Positions 26,136-39,862 of a stretch of 64,000 nt of DNA are shown piece by piece (position 1 is the stretch's first letter; each line of letters begins with the position of its first letter). The stretch is from NCBI GenBank assembly GCA_964016885.1, contig OZ024741.1, positions 370,450,001 through 370,514,000 on the forward strand. The letters are read 5' to 3'. This DNA comes from Eledone cirrhosa. Taxonomy: Eukaryota. Below the pieces are notes generated by a model. That model was given only the letters and a program-made list of their open reading frames with translations. It was not told where the DNA came from and did not search any database. A program made the translations under genes and the position numbers.

Positions 26136-26505
26136 AGTTGCTGTTTGTTTATAGTATTGTTTTTGTTTGTTTTGTCTCATATTGGACAGCCATTTTATTC
26201 TTTAAATTTATTCTTGTAATCTCCGCAACACAACTATCCCTTGTGGTAAATAAAGCAATTATTACTATTGAGGTGGGGTGATCAGTATGATCTCAGATCT
26301 GTGGGGTTCCTTAATTACTCCTCAGTGGTGCTTCCCCCTATTGGGGAATTCTGTTGTTATTTATTTCTTGCTATTTCTTACCACTTATTTTCCGTTTACG
26401 TGTTATATGTAAATCTCCGCCATATTTGTATTGTTCTAAATTTTTCGACCCTAGTGATGAATAGACAATAACAACAATAACAAACAATAACAATAACAAT
26501 GATGC

Positions 26506-26715
26506 TTTCTTATATAAGCACAAGGCCAATTTGAGGGGAGGGGAAAGTCGATTAAATCGACCCAGTGCGTGACTGGTGCTTTATTTTATCGATCCAGTAG
26601 GATGAAAGGCAAAGCTAACCTCGGCGGGATTTGAACTCAGAACGTAAAGGGCCGCAACTCTGTGCTACACAGCATGTTGTCCGGCGCCCTACCGATACTT
26701 CCAATCCACTGCCCT
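26506..26715 (-). mobile_element. SINE family 1 (longer-tail subfamily)
   Basis: Head, B-box and core on the - strand; tail insert tcgatttaatcgactttcccctcccc also present at 41400 and 63275. Confidence 0.85.
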
Positions 26716-27189
26716 AACAACAACAAGGGCCGTAACTCTATGCCGCCATTATGGTGCCCGATGCTCTACCGATTCTGCCAATAATGATAAAGATACTGTC
26801 TTTCAGATACTCGATTCATCTTAACAAACATTGCCGTATTTTTACAAAAGGAAATATATTTGCTTAAAATGTTGTGAACAGTTGTTTGATCAAGGCAACA
26901 AGCAGCCATTTGGTGAAACCTTTAAGATTCCTTCTTTCTTTCTGGGTTGGGGTCGAGGTGAGGGTGTTAATGAGTTTTCACGTTCTGTATCTTAAAATAT
27001 GACATTAAATAAATGCGAAATATGAAGTCTGGTAAAGTGACAACAATAATAACAATGTTCGAGGAAGACATCGACGTTATATATATATATATATCGACAG
27101 GCGATTGACTTTCGTCAAATCGGACCGAGGAAACAATGTTTCCATTGGTCTTTCCAATTGCTAATACTATCTATCGGTCGCAACTCCAA

Positions 27190-27310
27190 GTAGAAGGAGC
27201 AACGTGAAATAATGTGACTTGCCCAAGGACATAACGCATCGCCTTGTTCGGGAATCGAACTCACAACCTCACGATTGCGAATCCATTTCGCTAACCACGC
27301 AGTCACACTC
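27190..27310 (-). mobile_element. SINE family 2 head
   Basis: gcgtggttagcg, gagttcgattccc, gtccttgggcaagtcacatt (CORE-like). Confidence 0.75.
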
Positions 27311-27513
27311 CTTCACACACACACAAATACACAGACACGCAGACACACACACAGACACACACACACACGCGCGCGCGCGTGCGCGCACACACATATATAT
27401 ATATAAAAATGAGGTAAATATCTCACTGTGTACTGAGAAAGCATTGAGATATATAGGGTGTCTATAATATAATTGTTGTTCTATGGTACTAATTCGAGAT
27501 ACCAGAACGATAA

Positions 27514-27656
27514 AAATTGATGAGCAGAACAAACAAACATTAAACAATCCTTTAAATAAATTAAAAAATAATTTAAATATCTACCTGTTCAAGATATTTA
27601 AATTATTTTTTAATTTATTTAAAGGATTGTTTAATGTTTGTTTGTTCTGCTCATCA

Positions 27657-27660
<4 letters not shown>
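27514..27660. repeat. Near-perfect inverted repeat with about 69-bp arms and 9-nt loop
   Basis: aaattgatgagcagaac...aaatatct acctgttca agatattt...gctcatcaattt, abutting (TA)n. Confidence 0.92.
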
Positions 27661-27698
<38 letters not shown>

Positions 27699-27702
<4 letters not shown>

Positions 27703-28178
27703 TCGGTGTGGAAGTCGGACCTTCGTAAAGACCTGAAAATCCGGCTCTTCATTGCTGTACTGGAGTCTGTGCTGCTGTACGGGTCTGAGACTTGGACACT
27801 GACCAAGAAACTCATTCAGATGGTGGATGGGTGCTACACGAGAATGCTGAGGATGGCTCTGAACATTAATCAGTATACACTGAGGATGAACAACTCAGAG
27901 TTGTATGGGAGCCTCCCAAAAGTCAGCTCAAAGTGACACAGAGGAGACTGAGGTTAGCTGGACATGCTCACCGACATCCAGAGTTGACATTGCACTCAGT
28001 GCTCCTGTGGGAGCCCCAACATCGACACAATGGAAGAGGAAGACCAAGGTTAACGTATGTTGATGTCCTAAGGACAGACGCTGGTCTGTTGGAGACGCAT
28101 GACATGGCAGCGATAATGAGGGACAGAGACCGCTGGAGAGAACTTCTCCATCGATCTCAGGAATTTTACCCGCCCTAG
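27699..28178 (+). pseudogene. RTE-like LINE 3' fragment
   Basis: KIRLFIAVLESVLLYGSETWTL, RMLR, RRLRLAGH, GRGRPRLTY; one frameshift near 27933; flanked by (TA)n. Confidence 0.88.
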
Positions 28179-28195
28179 CTATATATATATATATA

Positions 28196-31140
28196 AATTA
28201 ATAAAAACAATGAATAAAAACAAAGAACAAGTTCCTTATATTAGAAAATTCATCATTTTACGATCGTTTCTAGGATATATATGTGTGTTGGTATGTATAT
28301 CATATAGATCTATGTAAAAATATTACAAACTATCAGAGGAAATTTACATAACCTTCACATATATATGCTGTCTTCAGAAATGATGAGATTTGTTTATTGA
28401 AAAACAACAAAGATTTAATATAATAGGTCTGTTTGGGAACAGGTTTTGAATTGACCAATAGAAAAGTAGTAAGAGGTCAAGTTGATAGAATAGTAGTAGT
28501 AGAAATTTAATTTAGGAGTAGAGGAGTGCCGACTTATGTTTTGAATGGAAAGAATACTTTGAATGAAAAGAATACTTTGGGGATGAAAAGAGGTCAAGCC
28601 GGTGAAGGGTACACGAAAATTTGATGTTATTAAAGAATAATGTTAAAAACGAAGGAAAGTAAAATTTTAGACAAACACTACTGGAATTTCAGAAGGAATA
28701 CTGGACCAGAAATACATATAGTAATCTATTCGACATTAATATGGGCTCTAGTGATTCTGCCCAAATTACCGATCTTGGGAGCCTCTTTCTTCTATTTAAC
28801 ATAGATTCTTCTTTTCCCCACCTTAAAGGTGGTTTATATCGTGATGACTGTCTTCTTCTTTCCACTAATCTTAGCCTATCAGAAATTGAAATAAAAAAAA
28901 AACTTATTAGAACTTTCCTCAAAGACTATTACAATCTCACTATTACATTTGAAAAGACCAGTAAAATAGTTAATTTCCTAGATATAACTTTAGACTTATC
29001 TACGGGTATCTACCAACCTTACCATAAACCTAACCAAAACTTACATTACATACACTCACAATCCAATCACCCTAGATCTATCCTTAAAAACCTAGCATAT
29101 AATATCTCACTCAGAATCTCTAACCTTTCATCTAACCAGGATGTATTCGATAAAAACGCGCCCTTTTATAACGAAGCTTTAGCTAGAAGCGGCTACAAAA
29201 ACAAATTAGTCTATATACCTTGCACAAATAATACTTCAAACATACAACCCAATATTACTAACAAACACCAAATGAAAAACACACACCTAAATGCCACTCA
29301 CACTACATCCAAAAATACCAACCTAAAACTTAATTTCTCTACCTCTTCTCACATAAAATATAGTGACTTTCAAAAAACCATTCATCCTAATACTCCAATA
29401 TACGTTAATAACATTACTAACAAAATTCCTAAAAATCAGACTAAAACACCTAAATCAGTTAATCTAACTAAACCTATATATAATACATTCACTAATAGTA
29501 ACTCTCTGATACATCGTATAAATATAAAAAAACAATATCGAAACCGTAATAGACGAGTTACTTGGTATAATGCTCAATATAATCTACAAATTAAAGATAA
29601 TATCCCTAAAAAATTGTTTGCTATCCTAGAGAAAAACTTCCCGCCAAACCATAAATACCATCAAATTTTAAATAGATCAACTGTCAAATTTTCTTACTCC
29701 AATACCAAAAATATACAACAAAATATAAGTACGTACAACGCATATAAATGTAAAAAAAACACGAATATACCACCAACACATCAAACCAACCATAATACTA
29801 AAATAAACCGCAACAAACCACCATCTCCTTCACATATAACAAGTCGAGTAAATTCCACACCAAATTTGACTAACTCCCTTGCTATAATATTCACGAATGG
29901 TTGTAACTGTAGAAACAAAAGAAATTGCCCATTAAAGGGAAATTGTCTTATTAATAACATAGTCTATAAATGTAAAATTAGCACTAAGGACTCCACTTAT
30001 TCATATATAGGAGCTACGTCTAAACAATTTAAAGTAAGATTTAATACCCACAAACATAGTTTTAAAAATGCTGCATTAGCTAATACAACATCCTTGGCTG
30101 AAACAATTAATAATTATAGAAAAAAGAATATCGATTACAACCTGACCTGGAGTGTGCTCAAAAGGGCCACCTCTTATCAAAATAACAGATATGAGTGTAG
30201 ATTATGCTCCCAGGAACTTTTTGAAATAATGAAATCTAAGGATATCCTATTAAATAAGCAACAAGAATTAATTATATCTTGCAATCATAGAATTAGAAGA
30301 ACCTTCAAATATTATAAACCTAATTAATATACACTTTGCACTTATATTTTACATATTATTATAATTAGTTTTTTAAATTTAGTTCACCTATAATTAGTAC
30401 TTTACTACAGAGAACTTCATAATTTTATTTCCCTCTTACAGCTCTCTTTTCCTAAAATTAATACCTAAAAGTATACATATAAATTAATTTAATTTCCTGT
30501 TATGAATCTAGATTCCTTGTAGTTTATATAAGATTGGTATTTCTCACTACTACCCTTATCCCAAAATTTTATTTTCCTTCGTTTTTAACAACATTCTTTA
30601 ATAACATCTAATTCTTATTTATCACATCCATATGAATTAATATAAATTTATCCCTATAAGTATACCTATCAATTAATTTAATTTCTTGTTATAGATCTAG
30701 ATTCCTTGTGGTTTAAATAAGATTGGTATTTCTCACTAATACCCTTACCCTAAAATGTTACTTTCCTTCGTTTTTAACATTATTCTTTAATAACATAAAA
30801 TTTTCGTGTAACCTTCACCGGCTTGACCTCTTTTCATCCCCAAAGTATTCTTTTCATTCAAAGTATTCTTTCCATTCAAAACATAAATCTGCACTCCTCT
30901 ACGAAGGTATGTATATTTCCTCTGATAGTTTGTAATATTTTGACATCGCTCTATATGATATACATACCAACACACATATATATCCTAGAAACGATCGTAA
31001 AATGATGAATTTTCTAATATAAGGAAGTTGTTCTTTGTTTTTATTCATTGTTTATATTACTTTATCTTGACTCTGTTTTCCTATGATTTTCCTAGAAAAT
31101 TTTTTAATGCATCTTCTCTTTTCATGATATTTGGATTACA
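28196..31140 (+). mobile_element. 5'-truncated Penelope-like (Naiad-like) element with inverted pLTR
   Basis: 28205-28356 and 28520-28660 are inverted copies of 30760-31055; ORF lies between them; (TA)n at the left end. Confidence 0.9.
28741..30327 (+). CDS. PLE RT (C-terminal part) plus GIY-YIG endonuclease, 5'-truncated (frame open from about 28670)
   Basis: MGSSDSAQ, GLYRDD, VNFLDITLDL, SNHP, CNCRNKRNCPLKGNCL, IVYKC..YIG, CRLC..E, SCNHR. Confidence 0.92.
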   Translation: MGSSDSAQITDLGSLFLLFNIDSSFPHLKGGLYRDDCLLLSTNLSLSEIEIKKKLIRTFLKDYYNLTITFEKTSKIVNFLDITLDLSTGIYQPYHKPNQNLHYIHSQSNHPRSILKNLAYNISLRISNLSSNQDVFDKNAPFYNEALARSGYKNKLVYIPCTNNTSNIQPNITNKHQMKNTHLNATHTTSKNTNLKLNFSTSSHIKYSDFQKTIHPNTPIYVNNITNKIPKNQTKTPKSVNLTKPIYNTFTNSNSLIHRINIKKQYRNRNRRVTWYNAQYNLQIKDNIPKKLFAILEKNFPPNHKYHQILNRSTVKFSYSNTKNIQQNISTYNAYKCKKNTNIPPTHQTNHNTKINRNKPPSPSHITSRVNSTPNLTNSLAIIFTNGCNCRNKRNCPLKGNCLINNIVYKCKISTKDSTYSYIGATSKQFKVRFNTHKHSFKNAALANTTSLAETINNYRKKNIDYNLTWSVLKRATSYQNNRYECRLCSQELFEIMKSKDILLNKQQELIISCNHRIRRTFKYYKPN

Positions 31141-31187
31141 TTGAGTTCTTCATACGGATTGGACACTACCGTTTATTTTGGTAGATT

Positions 31188-31223
<36 letters not shown>

Positions 31224-31240
31224 CACACACACACACACAT

Positions 31241-31335
<95 letters not shown>

Positions 31336-31789
31336 CATCCGACAAAAATATTCGAAAGAGAAAGTAAAATGCTATTAATATAAAATCGCAAAGTAACGTT
31401 CGCGACATTTTGAGGTAGACTTGTAAAAGCAAATGAAAATTTGGGTGAAAACATCAGTAACAGCAACAATAACAAACCACAAAAACGGTAATGATAATAA
31501 CAGTAAGAGTGGCAACAACAAAAACAATACCAAGATCGATGGCAGCAAGATAGTCACCGACACGAATAAAACAAAAAGAAATTCACCTTTTGCGTCATCA
31601 TAAAAAAACTTGACCAGTCGCAAAATACAGAAAATATTGAATGTGAACCAGGATTTCAAAGCTGACATCGTGCGTCCCTGTGTAATGTGACTACCCGCAA
31701 AAGAACAGCCCCCACCCCACCCCACCCCACCCCACCCCCAAAACACTTTCTACAAATGTATTAATTGATGAGAATGCCTGAAAGAGTTA

Positions 31790-33410
31790 GTCCGCCATCA
31801 TCTACATCCAGTGAGGGAAGCAACACAGGACTGTGGGAGCCATGTGCAAAATCAAGGAAGAAGCATGCAGGGTCGCCGCAGCAACTCGCCTTAAAAACAG
31901 GTTTTTATGGTCTAGTCAACAAACTCTATTTCTACATGCTAGAATTATTCGCTACCGTCTTGACAGTTGTCTACTGCAGCTGGGCGCAGACTGGAAACAT
32001 TGCCAGTTGTGTGAGCCGGGAAGCGGTGGCCTTGTTGAGACAAGCTCCGAACAAGGGAGACGCAATAGAAAATTTCGGAGGTGTAAGTTTACTAAACACT
32101 GAGTTAAAGATGTTGGCTTAGCCACCACCTCATACGATACATCGTAAAATGGTTTCGACAAGGCACTGGTAAATCTTGCCCAGTCAAAAGCGTTTGACAG
32201 GGTTGATCATCGCTGCCTGGAGGCTGCCCAGGAGCAGGTAGGTTCGGCTCCGTCTACCGAAGGTGAATCACTACAATATACAGTGACAATACTATGTGGT
32301 CAAAGTAAAAGTTTATTTCTCAGAATCCTTCATCATAGTCCTTCAGGGATATCCTCTTTCCCCTCCTCTCTATGTGTTGGCCCTACAGCCATTCCTGCGG
32401 AAGATGGATATTCTGAAAGGTATTCCCATTGAACTAGGCCATTAGAGAACCATGAGTGTCTGTGTCGATGACGTCATCGTTATGGTGTCAAACACATGGA
32501 GTGTGGTGTCGGTAGGCATTATACTGGAAGAGTAGTGGCAGGTAACGAGTGCACACATAAACTAGGACAAGACGGTGGTTTTGCAACGCGGCTAGTGGAA
32601 ATCCCATATCGCCCAGCGGCAACACATGTCATTGGACTGAGTAATGCTTAGGTTCTGGTCAGCATCATGGTAGCCAGTCCAGCCTAGAAATGGGTTAAGG
32701 AAAAGCTTTTGCTGAATGAACCTCTACATTGCCTCAGCAGTGTACTACACGGCCATCATACCTCGTCCCATGATACGTCTGACTACTTTCAAAGGTATAC
32801 AATTACGTTTTGTGTGTAAAGAAGACCATCAGTTGCTAACATGCACTGCATGTAGGTCTCGAAATGCTATCACCGGTGATGTGCAGACATGCACTGAGGC
32901 TGCTGCACTTGCAGAAATACTTCAACTCCCGCGGCGATGACAGCAGGGATGACGAGGAACCTGCGTTCGCACCTTTCGTTAGACACGTTTTTCCTCTGCT
33001 TGTCTCCTTCGCAGACTGATATTCCTTCAAGTGCTGACTGATGATCGGTGTCTGACATTTAGAGTACTGCCAGGAATTTCCGGCACTCTACCAACTGGAC
33101 GAGACGATCAACGGTTGGAATTCAACGTTCGCTTTCTGTGGAGATTTAATGGAGGGAATGAGAAACAATTGTCTGGGAACCACTCTAGCCATCGATAAGG
33201 TCAGATTGAGCAGACTCTTCTGAAAGAATTTCAGTGCGAGGTCCATGGACAATTTCCAGAAGTCTTTAGTTTCACAGTGCATTACCTGTTCGGGTAGCAT
33301 TACCTGTTCGAGGCAAGATCTACTAGTATAAAAGTACCAACAGCCGAACCTGTCCGAGATGCGTGCACGACGACCAAACCATCCTACACGTTATCATTCT
33401 GTGCTTCAGC
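31790..33410 (+). pseudogene. Highly degenerate L1/Tx1-like LINE ORF2
   Basis: VSLLNTELKMLA, SKAFDRVDH, QGYPLSPPLYVLALQPFL, VDDV, C-terminal CPRC...TILHVIILC; many stops. Confidence 0.8.
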
Positions 33411-33429
33411 CATAGTGGCCTATAAAGAA

Positions 33430-33633
33430 CTGGTATATCGGTAGAGTGTCGGACAATATGCTTTGTGGCATAGAGTTACGGCCCTTTATGTTCTGGGTTC
33501 AAAACCGCCGAGGTTTGTTTTGTCTTTCATCCATACGGGCTCGATAAAATAAAGTACCAGTAATTCACTGGTTTGATATAATCGACTTCCCTCGCACAAA
33601 TTGTTGGCCTTGTGCCTAAATCGAACCATTATT
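33430..33633 (+). mobile_element. SINE family 1 copy
   Basis: Head, B-box gggttcaaaacc, core and tail. Confidence 0.8.
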
Positions 33634-33649
33634 GTCCTCATCATAATTT

Positions 33650-35965
33650 TAATCATTGTTGCCATCTTCACCCTCATCACCACTACCACACCCATCCTCA
33701 TTATCATTACTGTCATCAGCATCATCATCACCGTCATCTATATCATCATCATCATCAACATCATCATCACCGTCATCTATATCATCATCATCATCATCAT
33801 CAACACCATCATCAGCGTCATCGTCGTCGTCATCATCAACCATGTCATCATCATTACCACCATCATCAGCGTCATCACCATCAACACTAACACCACCGCC
33901 ACCATCATCCTCATCATCATCACCACCACCACTACCCCCACGCCCACCATCATCATCATCGTCACCACCATCACCATCACCCACCCTCATCACAACAACC
34001 ATGCCCACCACCAGCACCGCCACCACCAACATCACCACCACCACCACCACCACCACCATCACAACCACTACCACCAACATCACTACCACCATCATCAACG
34101 TCATCACTACCACCATCACCACCACCATTACCACCATACCACTACCACCACCATCACCACCATCACCACCACCATCACAACCACTACCACCAACATCACT
34201 ACCACCATCATCAACGTCATCACTACCACCATCACCACCACCACCACCACCATCACCACCACCATCACTACCACCATCACCACCACTACCACCAGCATCA
34301 CTATCATCACCACCACCATCACCACCACCACCACCACCATCACTACCACCATCACCACCACTACCACCAGCATCACTACCACCATCACCACCACCATCAC
34401 CACCACTACCACCACCATCACTACTACCATCACCACCACCATCACCGCCACTACCACCACCATCACTACCACCATCACCATCACCATCACCACCATCATC
34501 AACGTCATCACCACCACCATCACCACCACCAACACCACCATCACTACCACCATCACCACCACTACCACCACCATCACTACCACCATCACCATCACCATCA
34601 CCACCACTACCACCACCATCACTACCACCATCACCATCACCATCACCACCACTACCACCACCATCACCACCATCACCACCACCATCACCACCACTACCAC
34701 CAACATCACCACCACCATCACCGCCACTACCACCACCATCACTACCACCATCACCATCACCATCACCACCATCATCAACGTCATCACCACCACCATCACC
34801 ACCACCAACACCACCATCACTACCACCATCACCACCACTACCACCACCATCACTACCACCATCACCATCACCATCACCACCACTACCACCACCATCACTA
34901 CCACCATCACCATCACCATCACCACCACTACCACCACCATCACCACCATCACCACCACCATCACCACCACTACCACCAACATCACCACCACCATCACCAC
35001 CACCCACCACCACCTCTACCACCACCAGCACCACCACCAACACCACCACCAACACCACCACCATCACCGCCACTACCACCAATATCACCATCACCACCAC
35101 CACCACCACCACCACCACCACCACCACCACCACCACCACCTCTACCACCACCACCATCACCACCATCACCGCCACTGCCACCAATATCACCATCACCACC
35201 ACCACCACCACCTCTACCACCACCAACAACACCACCATCACCACCATCACCACCACCATCACCACCATCACCGCCACTACCACCAACATCACCAACACCA
35301 CCACCACCACCACCTCTACCACCACCATCACCGACACTACCACCATCACCATCACCACCACCACCATCACCACCGCCACCAACACCACCACCAACACCAC
35401 CACCATCACCGACACTACCACCATCAGCATCATCACCATCACCACCACCACCACCACCTCTACCACCACCACCACCTCTACCACCACCAACACCACCACC
35501 ACCACCAACACCACCACCAACACCACCACCATCACCATCACCACCACCAACACCAACACCACCACCACCAACAACACCACCATCACCACCATCACCACCA
35601 TCACCGCCACTACCACCAACATCACCAACACCACCACCACCACCACCACCTCTACCACCACCATCACCGACACTACCACCATCACCATCACCACCACCAC
35701 CATCACCACCACCACCAACACCACCACCAACACCACCACCATCACCGACACTACCACCATCACCATCATCACCATCACCACCACCACCACCACCTCAACC
35801 ACCACCACCACCACTACCACAACCAACTCCACCACCAACCCCAACACCAACACCAACACCACCACCACCACCATCACCATCACCACCACCAACACCAACA
35901 CTACCACCACAACCAACACCATCACCATCACCATCACCATCACCATCACCACCATCACCACCACT
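33650..35965. repeat. 2.3-kb (CAC/CAT)n compound repeat with higher-order duplications
   Basis: A block of about 273 bp is repeated (34440-34715 / 34715-34990). Confidence 0.95.
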
Positions 35966-36536
35966 CCCTTCCTTTTTCTTTTATTTTTTTGATATTTTCC
36001 ACCATATTTTCATGTCTTTATTTGTCTCCATTTTTTAATTCATTTTCAAACAATTTCCAATGGTATTTTTTGTTGTTTCTATGGTAATCGTAATTATTGG
36101 TTTGTTTTTATGTTAGTGTTTTGTCTCTCTTCTCCAGATTTGTTGTTGTTGTTGTTGTTGTTGTGTATTGTTGTTGTTCTTGTTACAGTCCTTTAATTTA
36201 ACTCGGACGTTCAACGAACAACGCAGTGTTTTCAAAGCCTAAAATTAAATTTGGTATTCACGATGCATTATTTCACACACACACATACACACATACATAC
36301 ACACACATACATACGCACACATACATACACACACACATACACACACATATATACATATATATACATGCATACATACGTACATACATATATATATGTATAA
36401 ATATATATATACATACATATATATATGTGTATATGTCTATATATATATGTGTGTGTGTGTGTGTATATATATGTATGTGTGTGTGTATGTATGTGTGTGT
36501 GTGTGTGTGTGTGTATTGTTATTTCTGTTTACCTTT

Positions 36537-36568
<32 letters not shown>

Positions 36569-36603
36569 CATACATATATACTACCTGGATAACAGAATAA
36601 GTG

Positions 36604-36644
<41 letters not shown>

Positions 36645-36911
36645 TTATTCTGTTATCCAGGTAGTGAGGAATAGTTATATGTTTCATTATTTATTTATAC
36701 ACACCAAGATTTTTATATATTTATATATTTCTTCCCTTATTTATTTATGTATTGCCACGTTTAACCCAAGCGAAAAAGTAATAATAAAAAAAACCTTGTT
36801 TGAAATTTCTTTCACGACGAAATCATTTCAAAGTGAAAAAAAAAGCTAATCTTGTTTGCTGCGAGTAAAATAAAATTTGCAAACCTTATTCACTGAGAAA
36901 ATACTGGATGG

Positions 36912-37082
36912 TGTGGGGCAGGAAGATAGGGCGGGGCAGGGAGATGGCGAGGTGGAGGATTGGGGGGGGGGCAGGAAGATAGGGTGGAGCAGGGAGATGG
37001 CGAGGTGGGGGATTGGGGGAGGGGATAGGTGTGGGGCAGGAAGATAGGGCGGAGCAGGGAGATGGCGAGGTGGAGGATTGGA
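36912..37082. repeat. About 55-bp GC-rich minisatellite, 3 copies
   Basis: gggcaggaagatagggcggagcagggagatggcgaggtggaggattgg. Confidence 0.9.
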
Positions 37083-37484
37083 GAAAGGGATGGTTGCAAG
37101 AATACAATAGAAAATATATTGATAAAACCTTGTATAAGACAAATGATTATGTCGCTGATGATGACATTGATGGTGATGGTGGTGGTGATGATGGTGGTGG
37201 TGGAGGTGGTGGTGATGCCGATGACGATGGCGACGATGTTTGAGATTATCTTCAGGATGATGACAATGACGATGAGGATGGTTATGGCGATGATGATGAC
37301 GATGATGATGATAGTGACGATGGTTGTGATTGTGATGATGATGATGATGATATTGTTGATTATGATGTACATAATTAGATCAATAAAGAGCAAGAATGAA
37401 AGAAATGCAGAAATTCTTCGTTTTATTGCAGTAAGAAAGAAAGAAGGAAAGAAAGAAGAATTGATCAATGGTTGTTTTATGTAA

Positions 37485-37832
37485 TAAGTACATAAATAAA
37501 ATAACTATATAAATAAATAAAATAAAATAAATAGATATATAAATAAACAAATATATAAATAAATAAATATATAAATATATAAATAAGTAAATAAATATAT
37601 AAATAAATATATAAATAAATATATAAATATATAAATAAATAAATAAATAAATAAATAAATATATAAGTAAATATATAAATAAATAAATATACAAATAAAT
37701 ATATAAGTAAATATATAAATAAATAAATATATAAATAAACAAATATATAAATAAATAAATAAATAAATAAATATATAAATAAATATATAAATAAACAAAT
37801 ATAGAAATAAGTAAATATAGAAATAAATAAAT
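37485..37832. repeat. (AAAT/ATAT)n repeat
   Basis: Direct inspection. Confidence 0.9.
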
Positions 37833-39039
37833 AACATATGTTGTTTTATGGACTAGAGGGGGCTGGTGGTGGTGGTGATGGAAGTAGTGGTGTTGGTATT
37901 CGGTAATATTCAGGTTGTTAGTACTAATGGTGACAGATACTGGTGTTGTTGATTGTGGTGATGGTGATGGTGATGATGATGATATGGCGGAAAGGAATTG
38001 TTGATGTTTTTGTCGTGTTGGTGGTGGTGGTGATGGTGATGGTGGTGGTGGTGATGGTAGTGGTAACGGTGGTGGTGGTGGTGGTGGTGATGGTGATATG
38101 GTGGTGGTTGTGGTAGTGGTGACGGTGGTTGTGGTAGTGTTGGTTGTGGTGGTGGTGCTGGTGGTGATGTGGTTGTGTGGTTTGCTACGGAAGCATTTTC
38201 CTCCCCGCGGAACCTTATGAGTTTTATATTGGAGCGGCCATTTTCTTTTATTTTTATCTGCTCCCATGCACAGACTTCCTTTGATGTGTATCTCACCAAA
38301 ACCCCGTTGCATAACGAGATCTACTGTCTACTGTTTGGGGCATAAAGTAGTTAAATTGGTGTTGGCAGGGCACATGTAGAATCTGAATATTTTACTTTAC
38401 GTTCAAACACACTTTTACATCACGGCAGTACATACAGATCGATATGGGGTGGATTCTTCAATCATCCTGGGGTGTGTAAGCAGGTACAGAGTGAACCCTA
38501 TCATTCTCAATTTGCTTCCCAAAGAGATTAATGTTTCTGTCTCCCTCCCGTCCACGGGCATCATATATCTTGTAAAAGTGATAACCTTTCCGGTCGTCGT
38601 TTTCTTACATTGATACACCTGTAGATAATAGTTCATTTCTACAGGTTGTCCGTCAAGTCGGAAGGAACTGCAAACAGAAACTTCCTGCCTCGTTATTTTT
38701 CGAAGAACATCATCTTTCTTGACATCACTGCATATATTCCTATGCTAGTTGTTTCTTTTGAGTTTATACTATATGTATTGTATAGTGTTGAGTTACAATA
38801 CTCGTTCTCCGACTGGTGGCGGTGCTGTAAATGTTGCTGACACTAGAGAAACATTCAAAAGGATGATGGTGTTGTTGTTATGTGATGTAGCAGTAGCAGA
38901 GTTGAGGATGATGGTGCTGGGTGCAGTTACTACGTTGCTTGGCAATAACGTATTTTGTTTATCGATGTTGTTGTTGTCATTGCTGTTCATGCTTGAGCGT
39001 TTTCAAAAGAATGGAATATGTATTACATATATTTAAAAA

Positions 39040-39083
<44 letters not shown>

Positions 39084-39159
39084 AGGTGAGTTTTATTGTA
39101 GCACAATAAAGCAATGCAAATATCGGATAAGTAGCACTCAACAGTTTATAGGACTGGAG

Positions 39160-39504
39160 TATATATAATATAAGATGGTTAAAAGAGTTCCAAGTATTTT
39201 ATTATGCGCATTTCAAAAACAAATATCATCATGGGATGATATTTGCGTTCTCATCAGATAAAATAGGGAGACGTGATATGAAGCTTAAAAAACACTTGCG
39301 AGCAGTGAAGTGTTAAATCAACATATGTTGTGTAAAATCAACATATGTTGATTTTACACTTCACTGCTCGCAAGTGTTTTTTAAGCTTCATATCATGTCT
39401 CCCTATTTTATCTGATGAGAACGCAAATATCATCCCATGATGATATTTGTTTTTGGAATGCGCATAATGAAATACATGGAACTCTTTTAACCATCTTTTG
39501 ATCT

Positions 39505-39512
<8 letters not shown>
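39160..39512. mobile_element. Minimal PLE-type element: two divergent pLTR fragments, each with a hammerhead
   Basis: About 160-bp inverted arms 39172-39330 / 39338-39497, flanked by TA tracts. Confidence 0.82.
39195..39265 (-). ncRNA. Type I hammerhead ribozyme (intact core)
   Basis: tattttat-CTGATGA-gaa.gcaaatatcatc(ccat)gatgatatttgt.ttt-GAAA-tgcgca-TA-ataaaata. The mirror copy 39404-39474 has GGAA instead of GAAA. Confidence 0.88.
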
Positions 39513-39586
<74 letters not shown>

Positions 39587-39785
39587 TAATTTATTAAAAT
39601 AACAGATTAAAGTTTAAGGAAAGAATCACTGCTTTCACTCTTAACGGGATCTTCTGAAACTAACAAAGTCAATCTGTAAACGCAGAAGTGGATATTTCAA
39701 AAAACGTTGCACCCGGAGGAAGACAGGAAGACGATACTTTGGTTCGTGGAAACGTTCCCTGGCAAAGAACGGGAAAAAACGAATA

Positions 39786-39862
39786 TAATTGTTTCTACTT
39801 TTTGGCACAAGGCCTGTAATTACCCAGTACATTACTGGTACTTTATTTTATCGACCCCGTAA
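39786..39862 (-). mobile_element. SINE family 1 3' fragment
   Basis: Core end and tail. Confidence 0.75.

Noticed and set aside
33601-36087. 770-830 aa ORFs (His-, Thr-, Pro- or Val-rich; mucin- or extensin-like)
   Set aside because: The trinucleotide repeat is open in several frames on both strands; the ORF start lies in a SINE tail and there is no non-repetitive domain.
38190-39000. Complex non-repetitive stretch with short - strand ORFs (host exon or LINE ORF1 relic)
   Set aside because: No recognisable motif or splice structure, and frames are broken; needs a translated search.
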